Made by a program: the position numbers and the translations under genes
Assembly (NCBI GenBank): GCA_020137815.1
Contig: CM035353.1
Coordinates: 868,001-932,000, forward strand
Reading direction: 5' to 3'
Origin: Hormiphora californensis
Taxonomy: Eukaryota > Animalia > Ctenophora
Length of the DNA stretch: 64,000 nucleotides
In this document: piece after piece, positions 36,401 to 48,673 of the stretch
Numbering within the stretch: the stretch's first letter is position 1
Layout: each line of letters starts with the position of its first letter
The notes under the pieces: model-generated
What the model saw: the letters and a program-made list of their open reading frames with translations, nothing else
What the model was told of the DNA's origin: nothing
Databases searched by the model: none

Positions 36401-39400
36401 CTAACTTTAAGAAACATGACACTGTGTCTCTTGTGGTTTTCCAATTTAGCTGATCTTGGTCACATTGGAAAGCTAATCGATAGCTAAACATAATTGGTTA
36501 AGGCCAGAGGGGGGGGGGGTCGACGGGTCTAAAAAGTCACTTTTGGGGTTTGGTTCGGCTCGAAGAGCCGGACCAAATGGAATAGTTGGAATCGTTTTAG
36601 CGCACACCGTTAAGGAGAAATTTGAGGTTAACTTTTGCCCCAAAATCGAAGTTAACCTCAATAAATCACAGAAGAGATGACTTGGGACATCAGAAACGGT
36701 TCAAAAGTTAGATCTCACCAAGGAGAGCGTGACTGCAAAATTTCAGCGTGCTAACCCGAGCGGTTCACAAAATATTGGAGGTTAACATATTTCCCGAAAA
36801 AGTAGCCTTTTGGTCAATATTTCAGAACAATTTTTTCTCATTTTTCTCTGGAATTAATAACGATGTTCATTTCGATCAAAAAAAAAGAATTTTGAGCTAG
36901 AGGTCTGAAATTTTGGTCAAGTTAATTATTTGTCTCATAGAGTTACTGTAACAAATTTTAGCGCTCAACGATATCTGGAACTATGGTAGACTTGGGGGGG
37001 GGGGGGGGGGCATTTTTATTGCCCCACACAATGGTACAATGGAGCGAGAAACAGAGCTAATCGATATTATTATTTAGCTAGCCCATTATCTGAACACACT
37101 CACCAATGATGACTCCAGGTCTGATAAACTCTGAGGCGAAGATACCAAACCCAGCGTTGGGTATTTTGGATGTGTCTATCTTGATGAAACTGGGGACAGG
37201 GAACTTTTTGGGGTCTTTAGTACCGGAAGCAGTAATGATCTCTGAACAAGGTTCCAGGTCGCCATGTAGCTCACAAATAGAGGGAACAAAGTCCTTACAT
37301 CTCCAACAATCTGAATAAAGAAATTGGGGTGATGGAATTGACTAGGAAAGAGTTTCCTAATCTAAATCTGTTTATTTCCCCCGGACACTTACAATAATCA
37401 TCAGTATCATCATCATCACAAAGAGTGTATGAGATCCCTTCCTTAGCTTTCCTCACCGGGTTCCTTCTAACACTACCCTCCCCTTCCTCAATCTTACTTC
37501 CCACAGCTTCTTCTTCTTGGGGCAGTGGCATATAAGAAAGTTCCGATATTCCAGGATCCTTGTTCTCACTGTTTAGATACCTCATCACATTATCTTCATC
37601 TCCAAGAAAATCAAAATCATCTATTTCATCTTGTTTCTCATGTAATGTAGTGGGTGCTGATGTGATGGTTGTTGGTTGTGGACTTGTCAATTTGTTATCT
37701 GCAGATTCGGTACTGTTCTGGGTATCTTTTTCAGGGACACTTTCATCGTCTGGTATAACAATCCTCTCAAATTCTATCAGAATATCCCGCATCTTTTTAT
37801 CAAACCTGATCGGGGAAAAGGTACCATTTAGGAAAGTTAAAAAGGAATCTGAGAACAGAAGGTATACAGTACTAATTGCTCCGATATACCGGGCACCCCG
37901 ATTTCCCGGTAAAACCCTTTCCCCGAGCAAGAAATGAAAATTGATCTATTAGCACAAATCATAATTTCATCATCATAATTCATACTTACTCTTCGTTTTG
38001 AATATCGTCTTTTTGTTTAGTCAACGACATGATTTCAGCAGTGTATCGGTCAATTTTATTCAACTCATCTTCCTCAAGAAAATCTTCTTCAGGATGCGGA
38101 AAGAGCGGGTAACAAGACACTGATTCCAGACTTTCCAGTTCCCTTTTCAACTCTGCATCACTGCAACAGAAAAGAAAAGTTAACTTTAACAATTCATGCT
38201 GAATAAGGAACCATAATAAAGTTCAAGAGCCTCCAAGAGCGCACCCCATCCAAGATAGACCAAAATCAAGAGCGCACCACAATCAAGAGAGACCAAAATC
38301 AAGAGCGCACCACAATCAAGAGAGACCAAATCAAGAGCGCACCACAATCAAGAGAGACCAAATCAAGAGCGCACCTCATCCAAGAGAGCTCCCTATCCAG
38401 AAGATACCAGATGTGGTGCGCTCTTGAATTTGGTCTCTCTTGATTGTGGTGTGCTCTTGATTTGGTCTCTCTTGATTGTGGTGTGCTCTTGATTTTGGTC
38501 TCTCTTGATTGTGGTGTGCTCTTGATTTTGGTCTCTCTTGATTGTGGTGAGGCTCTTAAACTTTATTATGATTCCTTATCAACAATAAAAGGAAGACAAC
38601 GTTAAAGTTCCAGGATTGAAACCTTAGATTTTGCAACTCCATTTTAGCACGTTTAGTTTCTTCTTTCAGAAATAACAGCTCTTCTTCAGTCAGGGTTTCT
38701 TCTAAACATTTCAACGTTTCGTTTTTAGATCCAGGGCTAAATTCCATAACATCTCTCATATCAACAACTGTGTCAGCAACAAATATTGAGAGATCCTTCT
38801 GGTGCAGTAATGCAGTTATCTTATTCAAACTATCTGGTATTGACTGGATCAATATCTCGTCTAGATCAACGTCAGGTTCTTTTGTATCTTTGTTAACCCT
38901 GGGGATAAAGAGGTGAATTTAGTCAAATGTGTGTAGTTTTAGTGTGATACAAAATAACAAACTTGAGGAATTCGAACAAAAGTTGGTAAAACTACCACTT
39001 ACTTTCTAGCAATGTGAATGAGGTGTTGTGGTACTCTTTCCAAGTCCTCCATTTCTTGTTTTATTAGAACTGGAGATAATTCCACAGAAACACGTTCCTT
39101 CCCCGACTTGGGACGGGAGAATTCAGGAGTTGGAAGGCAGGGTGTACGGGGTTGTCCCTCTCTTGGATCGGTATGAGTCTCTTCTTCTAGAGATTCTAAA
39201 CCCTCCTTGTGCCTTTTCATAGCTTCTTGATCTGAAAAAAAGGATGAAGTGTTACATCATTGATACAGTAGCTGACATAGAAAGGATTGTTATGTTCTAA
39301 CCCTCCCTTTACATTTGTAAGGGCACAAGAAACAGGGTCTAGCTAAAGTGTAAGCGAAACTAAAACGAACCCCCTGCGGGGCTCAAATTGAACGTTTTTG

Positions 39401-39968
39401 GTCATAACTCCGTCAATTTTCAACCAAATCGCTTAAATTTGAGTTTGTTGGAAAGCCCTGAATGTCCTCTTTCCAATAAACTCAGGTTTATGCCATTTGG
39501 TCAAGAATTGACGGAGTTATGACCAAAAACATACTAAATAGTGCTGAAAAAGTACATTCGGTCGTTTTTGGTCATAACTCCGTCAATTCTTGACCAAATT
39601 GCACAATCTTGGGTTCATTGACAAGAGGGCATTCAGGGCTTTCCAACGAGCCCAAATTTAAGCAATTTGGTTAAGAATTGACGGAGTTATGACCAAAAAC
39701 GTTCAATTTGAGCCGCACAGGGGGTTCGTTTTAGTTTCGCTTACACTTTAGGCAAAGAAAATAATGATTTGTTACACTTACATCTTTCAAGTCTTGCCTT
39801 ATCTTTAGCCCAGGAAGAGGGACGGTAGTTGTAAAAGTGGCTGTCAGCTGAGAGCAGACCAACTTCAACCATCTTCTCCCAGTTTTGGTAGATTCTCTGA
39901 AACCTCTGTAATTCGTACTCGGTGCTCTCTTCAAAGTACCGCATACCTTCGTAAACTTTCCAAACCAT
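30445..39968 (-). CDS. PRDM9: PRDM7/9-like histone methyltransferase copy A (aKRAB-like, SSXRD-like, zinc knuckle, PR/SET, truncated C2H2 array)
   Basis: Exons 39968-39782, 39231-39003, 38898-38623, 38160-37990, 37805-37393, 37310-37104, 35177-34971, 34867-34748, 30916-~30445, all GT-AG and phase-compatible; YCWRC..CELHG knuckle; GEYRG, NWLRFINCAR, ELLLFYGDEY; last exon frameshifted near 30693 and cut after finger 5; orthology to PRDM9 is inferred from motifs only. Confidence 0.75.
31923..34568 (-). mobile_element. 5'-truncated LINE with (AAT)n tail and 8-bp TSD
   Basis: TSD cgcaaata at 31915-31922 and 34569-34576; (tat)n tail at about 31923-31939; carries the RT ORF. Confidence 0.9.
32573..34573 (-). 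CDS. LINE ORF2 reverse transcriptase (endonuclease domain lost by truncation)
   Basis: FRPISI, QEGF, LDFEKAFD, GLPQGAVISP, FADD, KVLGI; C-terminal C..C..H..C. Confidence 0.9.
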   Translation of the reverse strand: MRQGSGSKSTDGDGVHPVTLKHLGPLARMFLAKLFTNCLVTSVWPWKTAIVSFIKKQGKSSYLKPGSFRPISIGSYVGKMFERVMDKRIRAHCYEENILEDEQEGFLPIRNTTRYLYRLLATLHENRRRKATAFLLLLDFEKAFDSVPIPCLIYKLYKAGIKGNILRLVNCFLSSRKVKLKINGKIGSPRNCTLIGLPQGAVISPVLFIIYVSDLLQTKNIPEDARERCETFKFADDGTVVITGDQLQCETALSCVLNYIQKWCRLWRLVINCDRGKTEILVIHPRNQEVSSTPQPMYLGPREILYTDSSKVLGIILDTDLSFKKHAVYTLQKCWNSWSKLSGGTTRLAGINNNGLSLLFRMVILTKLLYGAPLWLRNRLDSFNDLIARAKLKIIGSQFHISKTLADLLIGIPPLPIILTVLTTKFVLKGLTAGDTMTAKLLQIEHEASHPFYGHIVETKRYLHWTAQRAESQTGRRRSFIRSCDLLSYESEEFLYSRDTMDMFTHKLWDDHVKANITNISADDSPTTTVEELRSIVDTEAVSIAPLTNRSMDRRHSSLTMDYIHGHSLRFQNFVGSYQRIDRNVEEPYCLECGMHHDSPFHKLFQCPAVGAVSALRDQCRVVSVCTGNFHLALIFSRDRNLKHKFRKLVYEVTENSTFNDELLTS
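35192..37029. mobile_element. Non-autonomous DNA transposon with ~140-bp TIRs in a PRDM intron
   Basis: gtgtggggcaataaaaatgccccc...ggggcatttttattgccccacac; absent from copy C; no clear TSD. Confidence 0.85.
36053..36497. mobile_element. Nested foldback MITE with TTAA TSD (piggyBac/Kolobok-type target)
   Basis: ttaa|ccaattatgttt...aaacataattgg|ttaa with long arms. Confidence 0.85.
38203..38579. mobile_element. Foldback element with ~30-bp tandem subrepeats (intronic)
   Basis: caagagcgcaccacaatcaagagagaccaaa arrays in inverted orientation; absent from copy C. Confidence 0.85.
39346..39748. mobile_element. Foldback MITE, TA TSD (intronic)
   Basis: ta|aagtgtaagcgaaac...gtttcgcttacactt|ta; empty site ctagctaggc near 28372 in copy C. 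Confidence 0.9.
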
Positions 39969-41159
39969 GGCTATACTAGGAAATGAATGAACTGGATTTA
40001 GTTACATCTGTTGTTACTAGATAGGCAACACACTGTCGCTAATCAAAAGGAAATATTTTGAAAATGGTAACAAATCTAAAAGCAGAAGTATTCTCAAATA
40101 CAAACACAACTTCACAATTCTCGTTGAAACTAATTTCCAGATTTTTAGAACTTAAATGATTTTTAAAAGATCTCAACCCATACGCATGCACATCACAAAC
40201 AGTAGATAGAATTTGATGGATATTGAGCACCTCATCTAAACAAGAAAGAGATCATTTAAACGGGAATTGAAAACGGACACTCATCGAAAGCTGTCTACTA
40301 AAATAAACAAGACAGCAATACACAGATTTGAATATCCAATCAAAATCGAAAAGGGCGAAAAATCTCGTGAACTGGCAAGAAAAGAGGAAACGATCCTAAC
40401 TTGGTGACCGGGAGACTCGGGTATAATTGAGCACAACGAATCGGTCATCGATTTCACTGAAACTGAAAGTTATATAATTCATCCAACTGTGGAGAAATCA
40501 CAAGATGAAGACGGTGCAGGGCAATATTAAACCTAGAACATGATCCCACATGCCTTTACTTGGAACCATTGTTGTTGATCCACAGACCACAAGAGAACCA
40601 TCACAGGCATGTGATAAAACGAGCCTAGAGGAAAATAATTTCTTCGCAGATTTTGTGTCTTAAATTAGGAATCGGAGGGGAATTTACAGTCATGATTATT
40701 CCAGTTCTGTTTAAATCGTTAAATATGATACAACTTACTAAAAGTCATCTAGGCAGAAATGTAAAAAAATCTGATTTAAAATTATTTATTAGATTGAATA
40801 ACCCTCATTTACAAATTGCGGGTGGAGGACATGGAAAGGGGGTCGAGCTAGGCAAAATAAACTAATAATGCTGAGAAAGTTGTATCTTGTATGTTTGCTA
40901 CCAAGGAGGTCTTAGTGTGAAGATTTTAATAAACTTGTGAAGGCAAAAGGCGAGATAGGTATTTCTGCAATTGACATCCCATTTTGTAGTAAAATTACGC
41001 TCGGGTTAACTTGTGATTGAGAACTTGGATGATCGAGAAATTGCTGGTCTTGAGGGCAAATTAAGTTTTCCAGATTATATAAATCTTCACTTCTCAGCCC
41101 TGCACTGTTTCCGGATCTGAAGGAACCGTACGAGTTTATGTGATAGAACTGCAGAGAAG

Positions 41160-41505
41160 CGACTGTTAAGTCAAGTGAATGGGACAAAATATACATTGGA
41201 TTGGCTGGTAATACTTTCAAAGAGCGTTACTATATAGTACTACAATTACATGCAATCATTCAATAAGGAGGAAAAAAGCAATCTACAGAGCTTTCGAAGC
41301 ATGTTTGGAGCCTGAAAGACAGACAAATAAGACACACTATCAACTGGAGACTAATTGACGGTACAGACACATATGACCCGACTAAAACGAGATGCGGTTT
41401 ATGTAATCTGGAGAAGTATTATACATTTTGAAAGAGAAGGGATTATTGTACACTAGATCTGAACTAATATCGAAATGTAGGCATAAACGTAAACACAAGT
41501 TAATA
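41160..41505 (+). mobile_element. Penelope-like element remnant (GIY-YIG endonuclease, frameshifted)
   Basis: KIYIGLAGNTFKERY..STELSKH..INW..CGLCNLEK..RSELISKCRH across frames. Confidence 0.75.
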
Positions 41506-42145
41506 ACAATTTTGTATGTTGTTTTTTCGTTAATACAATTTTTGTAGAATTTTTAAAGAGTGCATACATAAATATATTGTTTTTGTTAATGATATTTCTT
41601 TTTTGATATGTGCTCTCAATTGGTTGTTTTTTATCTAGGAGCAGTGGTCGTATTGTAACCGAGAGAGAAAATGTTATCTATCGTCTGATGATTGGTCAGA
41701 AAATCGTTTTCTTATGACGTTTTCTTTTGTTTATTAAATCTCTATTAAATTATTAATTAGATGGTCATAGGGTTCTAATTTTTCTCTATTCACATCGTTT
41801 TTCATCTTTTAAAATCCTTTGTCGAGCTTATTTTATATTTGTCTTTATCTACCCAGTTTATCAGTTTCTCTTCATCTTATCTTATTCTTCATTTTATATT
41901 TTTCATTACATCATCGTAATCAGGGAATCCCCTGTATCAATACCAACATGAATACAGAGGAAATGAATGATACTTTGTAGAAAAATGCAGCAAATGCAAC
42001 GCATTTGAAGTTTGATAACTGGATATGGACTTCAATGTTGAACGTAAATCCTTTCAAAGTACAGACATTAGAAAAAGTTCCTTTTGTGAAGACCTTTATG
42101 AATGAGCAAGTTTTAATTATTTTCGAATTAATTATTTCATTTATT

Positions 42146-42185
42146 CCACTGAAGAGATCCATCTAGGATCGAAACAATTGTTTGG
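42146..42185 (+). ncRNA. Minimal type I hammerhead ribozyme (Penelope-associated type)
   Basis: cca-CTGAAGA-GATCC atcta GGATC-GAAAC-AATT-GTT-tgg: conserved core, 5-bp stem II, palindromic loop III. Confidence 0.7.
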
Positions 42186-42987
42186 TAAAACCGACTTGTT
42201 TTAGTTTGATAACTGTGTATGGACTGAATCAGATTATAGCAATCTACGGCATATCAAAATCGGCTCATAGTCATACAAAATATAATGAAGGTTATAGAAT
42301 ATAGGAATTATAATGGAAAATAATTGCTAATGTTTCCATTCAATTATATGCATCCATAATACAAAACTAGTGATGAAGGAGCTTGCTCATCGATCTGGCA
42401 GCTCAGCTCGTAGCACTACTGCAGGGATAATTTGTTATTTCAATAACAATGATGCCATTGATACGAGTTTACGAAATGGCAACTTTTCGTTAGCACTATA
42501 ATTCATTTCCAACCAAAATTTCATTGTCGAACTGGGTGTTGATCAAACTACTCCAATTCAGCTGACCAAAAGGTTACTTTAGTCCATCAGGAGCCATTGA
42601 TGTAGCGATGTACCTGGCTTTCAGGAGGAGAATTATATGCTCGATATTGAATTGAGAATTCTCTGGGAAAGTCAGTCCCCCTATTGCACAGACTTCATGA
42701 ACATGAGAATAAGACACGAATGGGGAATTACAAAACTCCGCTAGGTGAACACTTATCCGACGAACACCGGCGGAGGAGTTTTAGGAGAATCTGCTAGAGG
42801 AACAAGAAACTGGGAGTCTTCTGCTAAGATATATTGGGTCCATCAGGACTCCATTATATGCCCCACCCAACCAAGGACCGACTTGCAGGGGCGCACGAAG
42901 CCTCTGACTTCTGTAAGAATGGGAAGTGAAACATCTCAGAGAACATTGTGCATCAGAGCACGCTGGAACTATCCAAGAGGACCACAG

Positions 42988-43549
42988 GGGAAGGAGGTAC
43001 TAGGAAGGAGGGACTAGGAAGGAGGGACTAGGAATGAGGTCCTAGGGAGGAGGGACTAGGTCCCAGGGGCTAGGGAGGAGGTCCTAGGGAGGAGGTCCTA
43101 GGGAGGAGGTCCTAGGAAGGAGGGACTAGGAAGGAGGTCCTAGGTCCTAGGAAGGAGGTCCTAGGAAGGAGGTCCTAGGGAGGAGGAACTAGGAAGGAGG
43201 GACTAGGAAGGAGGTACTAGGAAGGAGGGACTATGAAGGAGGGACTAGGAAGGAGGGACTAGGTCCAAGGAAGGAGGGACTAGGAAGGAGGGACTAGGAA
43301 GGAGGGATTAAGAAGGAGGGACTAGGAAGGAGAGACTAGGAAGGAGGGACTAGGAAGGAGGGACTAGGAAGGAGGGACTAGGAAGGAGGGACTAGGAAGG
43401 AGGGACTAGGAAGGAGGGACTAGGAAGGAGGGACTAGGAAGGAGGGACTAGGAAGGAGGGACTAGGAAGGAGGGACTAGGAAGGAGGGACTAGGAATAAG
43501 GGACTAGGAATAAGGGACTAGGAATAATGGACTAGGAAGGGGGACTAGG
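42988..43549. repeat. 14-bp purine-rich minisatellite (ggaaggagggacta)n
   Basis: Roughly 35-40 direct units. Confidence 0.95.
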
Positions 43550-44146
43550 ACAACTTAATAATTGTCCTTTTCTTAAATTTAATTAGAGTCGTTTTTAGAT
43601 TGAGTTCAGTGTCTATTCGGTACTCCGGGATTTGGTGTTAGGGGTAGAGTGATGATTAGGGTGAACAAAAATATCTAAGATTGTTACGTGTGTCTCAATT
43701 GTGTACTATTGTACAATATGTAACACAGGTTGTGTCTGCAGTCTGCGCTAGTAAAGTCTCCAGTTACCATACAACGCCCACCAGTGCAGCAGTGGTACAC
43801 TTTTCCTTTGGGCCTTGTATCTGCTACTACAGGGGCATTATACGTGTATGATGTTACTCATATCTATTAAATATTAATATTGCTTTAGTGTCTGACGAGT
43901 GCTTTCTTTGCACGAAACAATTTGTAAACCTTGTGTTTGTCTTGTACAGCTCATGCAGTGTCACTACGAGACGGTAGAGCTCTTTGGATTGCAATGGTCC
44001 ACACACAAGCATTGGATATACTACTCATGTATGCTCAGTATCTTTTTTCTTTATCGTACATATTGTTTAATCCTTAATTTGTACATTGGTACTTTATTAA
44101 TTTCTGTGTGTGTGGTCCTTGCCATAATAGATGCCAAGATAGTAGT

Positions 44147-45849
44147 ATGTCAGACAAAGAGAAATATGGGGCGACAGATGAAAGACCGATATAGAGCCGC
44201 CTATAAACGATGCTACAGCAGCAGGTGGCGATGATGATGAGGATGCGATGTCTTTACACGAGGTTTATGAGAAACTAGGTAATTATTATTTACCTACCAA
44301 TACCACTTATTTTCAACATATCAACCAAAAGATTCAGTTGAATTTTCGAATCTTCACAATTACATCTATCACTGATCACTAAATATTTCCAGGTCTTGGT
44401 TGGGCACAGTACATATCCTGGACTATAAGTTTCCTAATCGCTACTCAGACTATGCAGAACTCACTCTCATCGCCCTGATCATACCCTACATACGATGCGA
44501 ATGGGATCTTTCTCCGACATTCGAGGCGACCATCACCATCTCCATCTTCGTAGTCTATGCAATAAGTAAATACGTAAAAGATGTTTGAATGTAAAGGGGT
44601 CGTTAGATCAACATTCAACAAACGTGCGAATTGGAGAGCTGCAAGAGAATTTAATGATTTAATGCAAATGATTGAATCGTAATGCAGAGTGTAACTTGAT
44701 GTATTCCCCCCAGGTGCCATGCTGTGTGGGAAACTGGCTGATATCTTTGGACGTCGTACCGTCATGATGATCACAACTTTCCTCCTCATTGTTGCGGCTG
44801 GTGGAGCAGCGCTGGCAAGCAATAAATGGCTCTTCCTCTTCTGGAGGACTCTCACTGGTATCTGTGTCGGAGCCAACTTCTCAACCATCGTTGTATACTC
44901 AACAGAGTTCTGCCCGAACGCATACCGGAACATATGGCCCTGTTATCTCCATTATGGGATCCTACTTCTCCCTGTTTACAGTAACCTTTCGGGTATTTGT
45001 TCTAATGCACAGGGTGGAGATGGTTAATAATCATCATCACCATCCCCGTCATCCCTGCCTTCATCCTCCTTCTTCTATTCCCTGAGAGTCCCCGGTATCT
45101 TGTTGTCAGTAACCAACAGGACGGGCAAAAGGCCATTAAAACGATGGCCTGGTTGAGAACGGTGTCGAACTTCACCGAAGTTCAGTGTTTATTGTCATCA
45201 GGATCAGGGGAACTGGGAGTTACTCCGTCTTGTGGAAGACAAAGAATATCGAATTCCAGCCATCGCACTAGCTGCCATGTACTTTTTTAACATTCTGTTG
45301 GAGACAGGTGTATTGGTATTCCTTCCCCTTGCATTTATCTCAACGTTCTGCGGTGAAAGTGGCAAACCTCCCAAGCGGGATCGCTGTGCTACACTCTCCC
45401 AACAGGATCTCCTCATGCTGACTGTCTCGGCTATTGGCAGCCTGGTGGGGTGTGTGGCTGCATTCTTTATTGCCAGCAAGTTTGGCAGGCTCAAACCTCT
45501 CCGCATTGGTAGTGGTGTTCAGATCGCCATTATGGCTCTTTTGTTTGTCTGCTTCGGTGAATTTTATCTGTTTGGGGTGGCGACGCTTATTAAAATCATT
45601 AACGCCATTGTCGTTATGATTATCTGGATCATATCCCTGAGAGTTTCCCAACCATGTCCGATCCACTGCTACAGGGGCCATCAACTCTGCGGGAAGTGTG
45701 GTGCTGTTGTAGGCACTTCCGCTGTGGTGCTCTTGTTTTACGTCAGTCCGCTCGGTCACCGAATTTTTGTCATCGCAGCAATCTCGACCTTTGGATTCAG
45801 TTTTATGTTAAGCAAAGAGACTCGAGATTCAATTCTGGCAGATACATGA
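44147..45849 (+). pseudogene. SV2/SVOP-like MFS transporter with multiple frameshifts (pseudogene or assembly errors)
   Basis: Exons ~44147-44278, 44393-44565, 44714-45849; YEKLGLGWAQY, IRCEWDL, motif A GKLADIFGRR, YSTEF, PESPRYL, KFGRL, terminal KET. Confidence 0.75.
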
Positions 45850-46869
45850 TGGGGAAGGTATCATAGTAAGGGGACATGTGAGCAAGTCATTGGTTTACTG
45901 AAAAACGATGGGTCATATTGTTTAGCCGAGGGTTATGCTGTTAGGAACAGTTATTTTATGTAGACTGCAATCTAATCCACAATCTGTAAAACAGTGATGG
46001 CGTGTGTTTAATTATATGCTGTGTTATATTATGTATCATTTTGCTGTGAATTTTATAAAAAATGTGTTCAAATTACATATAAACTTCAAAAAACATCCCA
46101 ACCAATTGAGAACCCTAACCATTCTGAGAAGGAAAAATCCTGAAAAGGATAACAAAAAATAGGATCTCTGAATTCAAGGAATGAGTTACTAGGAAAGTGC
46201 CGGCACCTGAAATGAAAAAGGCTTAAATCTATAAGGTAACAGTTTTCACTGTTCCTGGTACCAGGGACAGCCTACTCCTTCTCGAAACAGCTTTCACTGT
46301 GTTGCCTGCTGCGGAGTGTTGATAAGGGGATTGGTATCGCGACATATTCCGACATATTCCGAGTCATGTTGTCAGACGTTGAAAAGCGAGTTTTTTAACA
46401 ATATTTCAGGTTTCGAGGTTATGGGAAGCAGCACGGACACACTCGGCACGTTCATCCGGAGGACCAGGAAATAAAGAAACATCAGCCCGATCTTCAGCGT
46501 GGAAATGGATACGTATATGTAAATGTATACGTGAGTTTTATGAAGGAGCAGTCCGAAGCAAGGATTGGCAATTTTCATCAACTTGATTGCGTTTTTATTT
46601 GCATGATTAAGGGGAAACCCGAAATATTGCTAAAACATGGACGGGGATAAAGGATTTCTATCCGAAACGTTGAAATCGCCTTGTATTGCTGTCTACATTC
46701 AATACTCGCCTAATCTAGGATGAGATCAAACAAATCACATTGTTAAAACGCTAAAATCTATGTTGATAAAGGAGCAAGGTGAATTTGGAAGAACAATGAT
46801 TTTCAAAAATAACGTGCTGTGGTCTACGAAGTAAGCGGTAATCGGAGATAAATATCTCACACTACGGAT

Positions 46870-47169
46870 CCAGAGTATGTGACTAACATCCGCAAAACCA
46901 AAGTAACTACACAAACTGGCACCTCTAGCTACGTTGGACTCACTAAAAACCACTTCAAGACCAGGTATAACGCCCACCAGAGCAGCTTCAGGAGAGAAAA
47001 CGCTAGGAAATCCACCGAACTGTCAAAATACGTATGGAACATGAGGGACAGCAACACCGCCTTCACTATACAGTGGAAAGTGATTGACAGAGGGCATCCA
47101 CCCAACGGACCTGCACAATCGTGTGACCTCTGCACCACGGAGAAATTACAAATATTGATTATAAAATAA
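46870..47169 (+). mobile_element. Penelope-like GIY-YIG endonuclease fragment
   Basis: YVGLT..FKTRY..H..SF..STELSKYVW..IQW..CDLCTTEK. Confidence 0.85.
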
Positions 47170-48458
47170 ATTAGTAAGTATGATTATTGAATATAATGGC
47201 ACAATTAGCCGAAACGTTTTGGATAAATAAATAAGTCCTCCCTTTGTTCAGAACATTATTATGTTCTACCACAATGAATATATTATAATATAGTATTCAT
47301 ACTGCTCATATCAATGGGCCTATGTAACCTATGATTTATCAAAACCTCCTTCTGGGAAACAATAAAAGGAAGAGGAAGGAGGGAGATGCACTTCTGATTC
47401 TGAATCAGAAACAAGAGTCAGAGGTGGACCTCCTTTCATGCCTGAGTCCCCCCGACACTCCAAATCGGAGTTTTCGAACAAAACATAATGTATGTACGAA
47501 GAACTAGGGTACGTGTCTTGAAAATCAATTGAAAATCGCCTGAAGGGCGAACGGGCCAACTAATCACTGCGCTGGCAAGCGCAAAGGTTGCCATTCCCCC
47601 TCCCCCAAACAGCAAAGCGCCGCCAGAAACGCAGTTATACGTTTTATGGGTGTTTTGACTGAAAACCCAGATTTCAGAAGGCTATAGCATGGCTCCCATT
47701 CATCCGTTTGACTTGAAATTTGGAATGTATACCCGGCTCGGGGTCATAAACTTAAGTTCAAAATTTCAAGTCTCTATCTCATCTGGAACTGAAGTTACAG
47801 ACAGGTCCCATTTGCCCTAGATTCAGTGTAACACATATGCGTGCGCGCGCGCGCGCGCATAGGAGAGACGCTTTTTATAAACCATATTCACGCCAAACGA
47901 AAAAAGATAGAAACTTCTCGTTTTCACAGCTGGTAGATCTACTGGATGTGTGTGCATTAGTCGATGTGAGGTCCCTTTTCATCGCCAGGAACGTCCTACA
48001 GAACGTCTTAAAGTCGTCATTTTTCAGGCTCTGGCTAAAATTCTTTTAGCTCATTTTACACCCTGAAGACGGATTCTAATCGAAAATCGAAGACTATATC
48101 ATGGAAAGAGAATTGTCTGAACTTTCAGAAACTATATGGCGAATTTTCAAAGCTAGACGTATAAGGGTCTTAAAACGCGTCTAAAGTGTTATGACTGTTT
48201 AAAAATAGATATGACGATATGGGTTTTTTCGCCATAGCAGACTCAAATCTCATCCAATCGATCTCAAACTTGGTCAGTATCTTCATCTAGGTAATCCCGA
48301 TGATATGACGTAATCATTATGACGTCATAACGACGTGACGTCATTTTATGACGTCATTTTATGACGTCAAAAATGAAAATTTTGCAAATTCGCGATTCCA
48401 TCCTCTCCTTACCTGTTCTACTACATCTAAATGGATAAAAAATCCCAAAAATGATGCA

Positions 48459-48666
48459 AATTATACCAAAACTAATTGAAATTAGTAGGCCGGAAAGGTT
48501 GCCCTATGATTTGAGCTACCTTTGGCACCAGTACATTCCCTTTTGAAGATAGAAGAAGCATCGGTTATACCCTGACTGTACCCCGTGAATGTTACGGTGG
48601 CAAAGGTAACTCAAATCATAGGGCAACCTTTCCGGCCTACTAATTTCAATTAGTTTTGGTATAATT
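48459..48666. mobile_element. Foldback MITE with ~70-bp arms
   Basis: aattataccaaaactaattg...caattagttttggtataatt. Confidence 0.85.
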
Positions 48667-48673
48667 AATACAA

